Part shown: one piece after another, positions 48,864 through 56,720 of the stretch
Layout of the letters: every line of letters starts with the position of its first letter
How positions within the stretch are numbered: position 1 is the first letter of the stretch
Assembly: GCA_965215195.1 (NCBI GenBank)
Contig: CBDCDC010000002.1
Coordinates: forward strand, 2,272,001-2,336,000
Direction: 5' to 3'
Source of the DNA: Candidatus Latescibacterota bacterium
GTDB taxonomy: Bacteria; Latescibacterota; UBA2968; UBA8231
DNA length: 64,000 bases
The notes under the pieces: model-generated
The model's database searches: none
What the model saw: only the letters and a program-made list of their open reading frames with translations
Told to the model about the DNA's origin: nothing
Position numbers and translations under genes: made by a program

Positions 48864-49652
48864 ATGGACCCACACAAGCAGCGAGCCTTTTTCGACCAGC
48901 AGGGCTACTTAATCGCCCCCGACCTGCTCAACGGCTGCGAAGTCGCCGAATGCCAGCGCGAGATCCAACGCCTGCATCAGCTAGCGGCCAGCCAAGATCC
49001 GCTCAGCCACCACTTTCAGCGCGAGCCTTTTTCTAAAGACCAAAACCGCAATGGCCTGCCGGTGCTGCGCAAAATAGAGAACACCCGCGCCCTGTCGCCG
49101 TACTTTGCCCAACTCGCGGCCCATCCCGGCCTCGTTGCCCTCGTGCAGAATCTTCTCGGGGACGACCTGCTCCTCTTTCGCAGCACCTTGATGCTCAAGC
49201 CCGCCTTCCACGGCTCGGCCCACGCCCTGCACCAAGACTCGGCCTATTGGCCCATGGAGCCGCCCGCTCTCGTGACCGCGAGCATCGCCCTCGACGACGC
49301 CACCCCGGCCAACGGCTGCATCAAGGTCATTCCCGGCAGCCACCAGTGGGGCTTGCAGGAATGGGGCCACATCGCCCAACAGCAAGGGGCCCCGCTGACG
49401 AGTCGCGAGGACATTGACAGCTCGCGCCAGCTCGACGTGCCGCTTGCGGCCGGGTCCGCCGTGCTGTTCCACAGCTTGATGGTCCACGGTTCCGGCCCCA
49501 ACCAGACCGACCGCTCGCGCAACACCGCGCTCTACGCCTATTTCTCACCGCACGTGCGCTACGCACCCGGTGCCAACGGCCCACAGTCGAAGTCCTTCCC
49601 GGTCATCGCCGGCCTCAATGGCGCAGCCGAACACGTGCTAGTCGCCTCCTGA
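48864..49652 (+). CDS. PhyH-family dioxygenase
   Basis: LHQDSAYW, NGCIKVIPGSH, VHGSGPN..R. Confidence 0.92.
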   Translation: MDPHKQRAFFDQQGYLIAPDLLNGCEVAECQREIQRLHQLAASQDPLSHHFQREPFSKDQNRNGLPVLRKIENTRALSPYFAQLAAHPGLVALVQNLLGDDLLLFRSTLMLKPAFHGSAHALHQDSAYWPMEPPALVTASIALDDATPANGCIKVIPGSHQWGLQEWGHIAQQQGAPLTSREDIDSSRQLDVPLAAGSAVLFHSLMVHGSGPNQTDRSRNTALYAYFSPHVRYAPGANGPQSKSFPVIAGLNGAAEHVLVAS

Positions 49653-49720
49653 GCAACCGCCCTAAAAAAAGAGATTACATCCCTAAGTGCCAACGAGGTG
49701 GAGGGTGTCAACAGCGCATT

Positions 49721-49761
49721 AAAAAAAGGCCGATGCCCGCAGTGCGGACACCGGCCTTTTT
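49721..49761. terminator. Bidirectional intrinsic terminator
   Basis: A-tract, GGCCG...CGGCC stem and T-tract between convergent genes. Confidence 0.75.
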
Positions 49762-49779
49762 GCGCTCCTCGGACCAACC

Positions 49780-50301
49780 TCAGAGGGGCCTGAGAATGAG
49801 CGACATTTCGCGGCCCTCCATTTTGGGATCCTGATCGACGACGGCTACATCCCCGAGCTTGACAGCCAACTCTCTCAGTAGCTGGTACCCCCGCTCCTGA
49901 TAGGCCATCTGCCGCCCGCGAAAGCGGACGCTGACTTTGACCCGGTTCCCCTTTTCGATAAACGTGCGAATGTGGCCCATCCGGTATTCGACATCGTGTT
50001 CGGAGGTATTGGCATAGCCGAGGCGAATGCCCTTCATCTGCACGTTGTGCTGCTTTTTGCGCGCTTCCTTGGCCTTCTTCTCTTGGTCGTAGCGGAACTT
50101 GCCGTAGTCGATAATCCGGCAGACCGGCGGGCGCGCTTCGGCCGCCACTTCCACTAGGTCGAGATTGGCTTCCTCGGCCATGGCCAAGGCACGGGCCGTT
50201 TCGATGATCCCCACCTGCCCCCCATCGGACCCAATGAGCCGGATTCGGGGGACGCGAATATCATCGTTTACTCTCGTAAAACTCTTTTTCTTTGCTGCGA
50301 T
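49780..50301 (-). CDS. infC: Translation initiation factor IF-3, non-canonical ATC start
   Basis: RVNDDIRVPRIRLIG, LDLVEVA..ARPPVCRIIDYGKF, VRFRGRQ; SD GGAGGT 7 nt before the in-frame ATC at 50301. Confidence 0.93.
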   Translation of the reverse strand: MAAKKKSFTRVNDDIRVPRIRLIGSDGGQVGIIETARALAMAEEANLDLVEVAAEARPPVCRIIDYGKFRYDQEKKAKEARKKQHNVQMKGIRLGYANTSEHDVEYRMGHIRTFIEKGNRVKVSVRFRGRQMAYQERGYQLLRELAVKLGDVAVVDQDPKMEGREMSLILRPL

Positions 50302-50462
50302 TGCATCAACCTCCGTAAAGGGTGGAAAGTGCGGGCGTTTCCCGCAGAGGTTTTTAATATATTCTCAGTGCGAATTAAAACAAGCAAAGATTTGCCCCTT
50401 CCGCTTTGGCAGCCATGAGCGAATAGGTTAATTTTGCCTATTTTCCACCCGAAGGAGAGCTT

Positions 50463-51464
50463 ATGGCCCGCACGTACGATGTCTATGGAGTCGGCCACGC
50501 CCTAGTGGACATCCAATATCGAGTCGTCCCAGAATTCCTCGCCGAGCACCAGATCGCAAAAGGGGTTATGACCCTCGTCGATGAGGCGCGGCAGCGCAAC
50601 CTCGCCGCCGCGGTCAGCGGCGAGCCGGTCGCCTCGGCGTCGGGCGGCTCGGCGGCCAATACCCTCATCGGCGTCGCCCGCTTTGGCGGCCGCACCTATT
50701 ACGCCTGCCTGACCGGCCGCGACGCTTGGGGCGACTTTTACCAGCGCGATCTCCAAGCAGCCGGCGTCGCCACTCATCCGGCCAACCGCGGCGCCGGCAA
50801 AACCGGCCAGTGCTTGGTTTTTATTACTCCAGACGCCGACCGCACCTTCAACACCTTTTTGGGCATCAGCAGCGCCATCGGCCCGGCCCAGCTCCAAGAG
50901 GAGGTCATCGCCGACAGCCAGTACATTTATATAGAAGGCTACCTCTTAAGCTCGGACGATGGCTTTGCCGCTGCGTGCCGCGCACAGCAAATGGCTCAGC
51001 GCCGCGGCACGGCCGTCGCCCTGACCCTGAGCGATCCCTTTGCCGTCCGGGCCTTTTGGGCGCGCTTTGCCGCGCTCCTGCAGCGCGGCGTAGATCTGCT
51101 CTTCTGCAACGAGGAGGAGGCCCTCGCCAGCACGGGCACCAGCGACCGCGCGGCGGCCGGCGCAGCCCTCGCTTCCCAAGTCGGCACGGCCTACGTAACG
51201 TGCGGGGCCGACGGTGCCCTAGTGTACGCCGACGGCGTCCACTACCAAGTGCCTGGCGTCCCGGTGCAAGCTATCGACACCAACGGCGCCGGCGATCTCT
51301 TTGCCGGTGGCGTTCTCTACGGGCTGTCCCACAGGTACAGCCCCTTAGACGCAGCGCGCTTGGGCTGCTATGCGGCTGCACAAGTGGTAACCCGCTTCGG
51401 GCCGCGCCTAGAACAATCGCTCGCCGATCGCATCGATCGCATCCTATCCCACTTCTCAACCTAG
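50463..51464 (+). CDS. PfkB-family (adenosine/sugar) kinase
   Basis: GGSAANT, LFCNEEEA, DTNGAGDLFAGG. Confidence 0.92.
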   Translation: MARTYDVYGVGHALVDIQYRVVPEFLAEHQIAKGVMTLVDEARQRNLAAAVSGEPVASASGGSAANTLIGVARFGGRTYYACLTGRDAWGDFYQRDLQAAGVATHPANRGAGKTGQCLVFITPDADRTFNTFLGISSAIGPAQLQEEVIADSQYIYIEGYLLSSDDGFAAACRAQQMAQRRGTAVALTLSDPFAVRAFWARFAALLQRGVDLLFCNEEEALASTGTSDRAAAGAALASQVGTAYVTCGADGALVYADGVHYQVPGVPVQAIDTNGAGDLFAGGVLYGLSHRYSPLDAARLGCYAAAQVVTRFGPRLEQSLADRIDRILSHFST

Positions 51465-51477
51465 CTTGGAGGTCCGC

Positions 51478-52434
51478 GTGAAGATCCTAGTCCACTACCC
51501 ATTCACCGACGAACAGCACGACCACTTGCGCCAGATAGCGCACGAAAACGGGGGCCACGAAGTCTTTGTGGCCAACGACGATCAAGAGGCCATCGCCGTA
51601 GCCGGCGAGATCGACGTCATCGTCGGCAACTTCCCGCCCGCGGTCTGCGCGGCCGCCCCCAACCTGCGCTGGATCCAGTCCTTTAGCACCGGCATGGACA
51701 AGTTCCTCTTCCCCGCAATCATCGCCCGCGACGAAGTCGCCATTTCCAACGTGGCCGGGCTGTACGCCCCCCAAGGCGGCGAACACGCCTGGGCCTTGCT
51801 CCTCGCCCTGACCCGGGGCATTGATCAGTCGATTCGCCACAATGACCAGCGCAAATGGGCCGGCGGTACTACCGTTGAGCTAACCGGGCAGACCTTGGGC
51901 CTTGTGGGACTGGGGGGTTTTGGGATTGAAATGGCCAAGCGGGCCGCTGGGTACGACATGCCGATCATTGCCATTGACCCGGTGCGCCGCGACCTGCTGC
52001 CGGGCATTTCCGAACTCAAAGACAACACCCGCGAAAACCTGCACCTCCTCCTCGGCCGCGCCGATGTGGTGATGATGGCTTGTCCGCTCACCGAGGAAAC
52101 CTATCACCTCATCGGGCGCGAGGAACTGGCGCTGATGAAGAAGAGCGCCTATCTAATCAACGTGACGCGGGGCGGCATCATCGACGAGGACGCACTCTGC
52201 GAGGCACTGCACGACGGGCAGATTGCCGGGGCCGGTATCGACGTCACCGAAGTTGAGCCGCTGCCCCCAGCATCCCCGCTGTGGGACGCGCCCAACATCA
52301 TCCTCACCCCGCATCGGGCCGGTGCCTCCCAGCACCGACCGCGCAAAATCTACGAGTTCTTCTGCGCCCAATTAGAGCGCTACCTCAAGGGCGAGCCAGT
52401 GCTCAATATCATCGACAAGAAGAAGGGGTACTAG
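51478..52434 (+). CDS. D-2-hydroxyacid dehydrogenase
   Basis: LVGLGGFG, CPLTEET, NVTRGGIIDE, EPLP, TPH; GTG start after GGAGG. Confidence 0.92.
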   Translation: MKILVHYPFTDEQHDHLRQIAHENGGHEVFVANDDQEAIAVAGEIDVIVGNFPPAVCAAAPNLRWIQSFSTGMDKFLFPAIIARDEVAISNVAGLYAPQGGEHAWALLLALTRGIDQSIRHNDQRKWAGGTTVELTGQTLGLVGLGGFGIEMAKRAAGYDMPIIAIDPVRRDLLPGISELKDNTRENLHLLLGRADVVMMACPLTEETYHLIGREELALMKKSAYLINVTRGGIIDEDALCEALHDGQIAGAGIDVTEVEPLPPASPLWDAPNIILTPHRAGASQHRPRKIYEFFCAQLERYLKGEPVLNIIDKKKGY

Positions 52435-52454
52435 GGCGTAAAAGCGATACGTTC

Positions 52455-52578
52455 GACCGCATACGGCTGATCTCGGCACGCAAAGCAACCACAATACCAT
52501 GAAACAGGAATGCGATTTTTCCAAGGCCGTGAGAGGAAAATTTTTCCGCGAGGGGGCAGAGCTACAGCTACCCATTTG
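52455..52578 (+). pseudogene. BrnT C-terminal and BrnA-like N-terminal remnants
   Basis: DRIRLISARKAT followed by an ATGA overlap and MKQECDFSKAVRGKFFR..AELQLPI. Confidence 0.7.
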
Positions 52579-55500
52579 CTCTGATAGGGAGTTTGCCCAA
52601 GGCCAAGTCGTATGCTTGGCGTCCGACCCGTCCATCCGAGGGGCCGTCGTCGCAGTGTTGCCGGGAACGCCCGAAGACCGCATCAAGGTTTTTGTAGATG
52701 GCAGCACTCAGACCTATTACGCCTCTCAGTTGCGGGCCGACGATCAGAGCGATGGCGTCTCATCTCTTTCTGCCGATCAGTTTCACGCCTACTTAACTGC
52801 CCTACAAATACGCTATCCCGGCCTATCGACCTTGTATTCGCTCAACGCGGCGCGGGTTGACTTCATCCCCTACCAGTTTCGCCCGGTGCTGAAATTTATC
52901 CGCTCGGACCGCCCGCGTCTGCTGATCGCCGATGGCGTCGGCGTCGGCAAGACCATTGAGGCCGGGCTGATTCTACGAGAATTACAGGCGAGGCGGGAGA
53001 TCCAATCCGTTCTCATTATCTGCCCCCGCCCCCTAGTGACCGAGCGCAAGTGGGAAAAGGAAATGAGGCGGTTTGACCAGCGGTTCACCCATCTCGACGG
53101 ACGCACCCTGCGATACTGTATCAGCGAGATGGATTTAGAAGGCGAGTGGCCCGAGCGCCACCAGCAGGCAATTGTGCCCTATTCGCTGTTTGACGAGGCA
53201 CTTCTTTATGGCCGAAAGCGGACCAAGGGCCTGCTAGGCCTCGACCCACCGCCGCGCTTCGACCTCGTGATCGTCGATGAAGCCCACCACATCCGCAACC
53301 AGCACACCTACGCGCACAAGGCGGTGCGGTTTTTCTGCGACCACGCGGAAGCGGCGGTCTTTCTCACGGCCACCCCGATCCAACTCGGCGATCACGACCT
53401 GTTTGTGCTGCTCAACGTGCTGCGTCCTGATCTCGTTTTGGACGAGGAGAGCTTCCAGCATATCGCGGCCCCCAATCCGTTTATCAACGAGGCGGTCCAT
53501 CACGCGCGTACCCAAGTATCGGGTTGGACAGCGCAGGCAGCCCAAGCTCTCGACCAAGCCGCCGCAACTCCTTGGGGACAGACAATGCTCAGGGCCAATC
53601 CTGAGTTTAACCGGATCAAAGCTCAGCTTGCCGAAGATCGCGTCATCGCCGCCGACAGAGTCCAACTCATCACCGACCTAGAGGCATTGCACACCTTTGC
53701 GGGAATCATAAACCGGACGCGCCGGCGCGACATCGGCGCGTTCACCATTAGAAAAACAGAAACGGTCAATGTTCCATTCACTGCCCAACAGCAACAGCTT
53801 CACGACGAATTGCTCCGAGTCCAAGCGGACATATTTCGTCGCCTGCACGGCGACCTCAACGTCAAGTTCATGCTGACCACGATCCGACGCCAAGCAGCAA
53901 GTTGCCTGTATGGACTGGCCCCTTTTCTTGAGAATATCCTGAACCGGCACCTCGACGAATTGGAATGGGAGGAAGCCGACGATATGGGGCCGGAGCCATC
54001 AGACGAGGCCATCGGCTCAATCCAAACGCAAATTCAAACTATCCTTGAAAAAGTACGCGGTCTTGATCCCCGCGACCCAAAGCTAGAAGCCCTGCGCGAA
54101 ATCATCCGCGACAAGCAACGCCTACCCAATAACAAGGTGATGCTGTTCAGCAGCTTCCGGCACACTCTTTCATACCTATACGAACATCTCAAGGCAGACG
54201 GCGTCCGCGTCGGCATGGTTCACGGTGGAACGCCGGACGAAGACCGCGTTGCGCTCAGGAACCGCTTTGAGCAGCCGCGAGAGGACGACAATACACTCGA
54301 CGTTTTGCTGTTCTCGGAAATCGGTTGCGAAGGATTGGACTACCAATTCTGCGACTGCATGGTCAACTACGACTTGCCGTGGAATCCCATGCGCGTTGAG
54401 CAACGGATTGGCCGCATTGACCGCAATGGCCAGCAGAGCGAGACCGTCGCCATTGTCAACCTGATCACGCCGGGAACGGTTGATGCGGACATCTACGAAC
54501 GCTGTCTCGTGCGCATCGGGGTATTTGAGAGTGCTTTGGGCGGCAGCGAGGAAATTTTGGGAGACATCTCCAAGGAGATCAAAAACATCGCCGAGAACTA
54601 TGCTCTGAGCGAAGAGGATCGCCGGGGCAAGCTACGACAGTTGGCGGATAACAAAATCCGGTTGGTACAAGAACAGGAAAAGCTCGAACAGCAGCAGAGG
54701 GAGCTTTTTGGCATTCGCCTGCCAGAAGACCAGATGAAGAAGGAGGTTGAAGAAGCTGCCAGTTTCTGGTTGTCTCCGGCCTCTCTACAAAGGCTCGTCG
54801 CGCTTTATTTTAACGAGACATGCGGCGAGGGGCGGGAGTATATCCTCGGCGGAAAAGCCTTGAAAACGCTCCGCTTATCGCAGGAAGCGCGAACCACCCT
54901 GTTGCGCGATTTTCAGCAACTCCCGCGACGGAACGCGCCCGACTATCGGGCGTGGGAGAAATGGCTGAAAGGCGGCGATCCTCACTTATCCATAACCTTT
55001 GAGGCGGACTGTGCAACGGAACATCCCAATGCTGCGTTCATCATGCCGCTCCATCCTTTAGTGAAGCAGGCGGCCCGATCGCTGGAGACAGGGCAACGAA
55101 TCTTCACCGCGCTGAAGACGCAGAGCCGTGAGGCCCCCGTGGGCCGCTATGAATTTGCCGTGTATCAGTGGCGGTTCCACGGCATTCGGGAAGATTTGGT
55201 GCTCAAGCCGATAGCCTCGTCAGCGGCTGTGACGCCGCACTTAGGCCGTCTACTTGAGAACGCGGTGGATGCTTCGCCCGCTGAGCCGGTGGATAGCGGC
55301 TCTCCGGTGTGGGATGCCCTCGACGCGCAGCATTATACGGTGTGGGCACAAGCGAAGGAAGGGCATATACAACGGACGCGAGAGCTCGCCGAGTATCGCA
55401 AAGAAAGTCTGTCGAAAAGCCATCAAGCGCGGATGGCACTTCTCGAAGAACAACTCGCTCAGGCCAGCGACGAGAAACTGCAACGAATGCGGCGGTCGGA

Positions 55501-55618
55501 AAGCACGGCTGCCGAGGCCGACTACACTCGGCGGCTCCAAGACTTGGAGACTGCTATGGAGCGCGCGGATATTGTCGCCGAGCCGGTGGCGTATGGAGTT
55601 TTAAGCATAGGAAATTAG
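52499..55618 (+). CDS. SNF2/RapA-like SF2 helicase
   Basis: IPYQ, LIADGVGVGKT, IVDEAHH, LTATPIQ, EGLDYQ, NYDLPWNPMRVEQRIGRIDR; coiled-coil C-terminus. Confidence 0.93.
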   Translation: MKQECDFSKAVRGKFFREGAELQLPICSDREFAQGQVVCLASDPSIRGAVVAVLPGTPEDRIKVFVDGSTQTYYASQLRADDQSDGVSSLSADQFHAYLTALQIRYPGLSTLYSLNAARVDFIPYQFRPVLKFIRSDRPRLLIADGVGVGKTIEAGLILRELQARREIQSVLIICPRPLVTERKWEKEMRRFDQRFTHLDGRTLRYCISEMDLEGEWPERHQQAIVPYSLFDEALLYGRKRTKGLLGLDPPPRFDLVIVDEAHHIRNQHTYAHKAVRFFCDHAEAAVFLTATPIQLGDHDLFVLLNVLRPDLVLDEESFQHIAAPNPFINEAVHHARTQVSGWTAQAAQALDQAAATPWGQTMLRANPEFNRIKAQLAEDRVIAADRVQLITDLEALHTFAGIINRTRRRDIGAFTIRKTETVNVPFTAQQQQLHDELLRVQADIFRRLHGDLNVKFMLTTIRRQAASCLYGLAPFLENILNRHLDELEWEEADDMGPEPSDEAIGSIQTQIQTILEKVRGLDPRDPKLEALREIIRDKQRLPNNKVMLFSSFRHTLSYLYEHLKADGVRVGMVHGGTPDEDRVALRNRFEQPREDDNTLDVLLFSEIGCEGLDYQFCDCMVNYDLPWNPMRVEQRIGRIDRNGQQSETVAIVNLITPGTVDADIYERCLVRIGVFESALGGSEEILGDISKEIKNIAENYALSEEDRRGKLRQLADNKIRLVQEQEKLEQQQRELFGIRLPEDQMKKEVEEAASFWLSPASLQRLVALYFNETCGEGREYILGGKALKTLRLSQEARTTLLRDFQQLPRRNAPDYRAWEKWLKGGDPHLSITFEADCATEHPNAAFIMPLHPLVKQAARSLETGQRIFTALKTQSREAPVGRYEFAVYQWRFHGIREDLVLKPIASSAAVTPHLGRLLENAVDASPAEPVDSGSPVWDALDAQHYTVWAQAKEGHIQRTRELAEYRKESLSKSHQARMALLEEQLAQASDEKLQRMRRSESTAAEADYTRRLQDLETAMERADIVAEPVAYGVLSIGN

Positions 55619-55636
55619 GGGTCAGAGGAGATTACT

Positions 55637-56120
55637 GTGAACAGCGAGCTAGCTGGTCATCCTGTCGTATATTTGGAGACGACGGTGGTAAGTTACCTTA
55701 CGGCCAAGCCAAGTCGCGATGTAGTCGTGGCAGGGCATCAGCAATCAACCCGAGAATGGTGGGAGGAGAGAAAACAGGACTTCAGAGTTGTTGCCTCGCA
55801 ACTTGTGCTCCAAGAGGCAGGCAGAGGCGATATGCAGGTAGCTCAGCGCAGACTGGACATTTTGCAGGAAGTGGAGTTGCTTGAGATCACCCCAAATGCG
55901 ACGACCTTAGCGCGTGCTTTGATAGGGAATGGAGTAGTTCCTGAGACTTCACTTGAGGATGCTTTACATGTTGCTATCGCCGTGGTCAACGGCTGTAAGT
56001 ATCTAGCGCCATTTAGCCGGCGCAGGCGTAAGGACGCGAATTGAGTCGTTCTGTCGAGATGAAGGATATGAGCCGGCGATTATCTGTACGCCGGAGGAAC
56101 TTTTGGAGGATGAAATATGA
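55637..56120 (+). pseudogene. PIN-domain toxin with a short deletion and frameshift
   Basis: VYLETTVVSYL, EDALHVAIA..GCKYL, then the usual LTWN motif is missing and the frame shifts to HLAGA...ICTPEELLEDEI*. Confidence 0.8.
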
Positions 56121-56341
56121 AGGACGATCCCATCGTCGCAGAAGTGCGGCGAATCAGGCATGAGCATGCAGCGCAATTCAAATACGACTTGGACCTGATC
56201 GCGAACGATCTCAAAGCGCAAGAAAAGGCAAGCGGCCGCTCATATATCATCTTGACACCGCGTCGTATAAAACCGAGAACGCATAGCGTATCAAAGCAAA
56301 AGCCTGTCAACGAGCCACCGGGCACGGATGGCACTGCTTGA
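56117..56341 (+). CDS. Small putative antitoxin
   Basis: MKDDPIVAEVRRIR.EHAAQF.YDLD.I..DL; ATGA overlap with the PIN gene. Confidence 0.75.
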   Translation: MKDDPIVAEVRRIRHEHAAQFKYDLDLIANDLKAQEKASGRSYIILTPRRIKPRTHSVSKQKPVNEPPGTDGTA

Positions 56342-56374
56342 AGAGCTACTTGAATAGGCGGATAACGAAAAAAC

Positions 56375-56540
56375 CTAAGTACACGACCCCTCCTGTGGGT
56401 ACGTTCGTGCTCGATGGTAGAACGCTGTTGAATGCGAAGGCGTTATTAATTTTATTGAATTATATAGCCGTAAACATTGATAACTTTGATAAACAGTAGC
56501 CCCTGTGGCGGGTAGGCTGCCCGCGTACCCGGCGGAAACC
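56375..56540. mobile_element. Second, right-truncated copy of the IS4-like MITE
   Basis: CTAAGTACACGAC start and colinear similarity to 10716-10848, including the hairpin and GTACCC.GCGG.AACC; extra ~30-bp AT-rich segment; no right TIR seen. Confidence 0.8.
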
Positions 56541-56613
56541 CAAAGGGAGTTTTAAGAACGCTTCAAAGGAAAGTTGTTGATTCTACTAGATTTTGTGTGA
56601 AATTATCAATGAT

Positions 56614-56718
56614 GATTACGAGCAGCACGTCCAAGAATTGGATACTGACATGGCAAAGGCGGATATTATCGCCGAGCCGGTGGCGTATGGCGTTATCGAA
56701 CTGTTGAAAGGAGATTAG
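56614..56718 (+). pseudogene. Duplicated, diverged 3' end of the SNF2 helicase gene
   Basis: DYEQHVQELDTDMAKADIIAEPVAYGVIELLKGD* versus DYTRRLQDLETAMERADIVAEPVAYGVLSIGN*; 31/32 nt identity between 55565-55596 and 56659-56690. Confidence 0.85.
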
Positions 56719-56720
56719 CG

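Noticed and set aside
49660-49720. Orphan minus-strand promoter (TTGACA) downstream of infC
   Set aside because: No convincing -10 at the right spacing and no gene downstream on that strand
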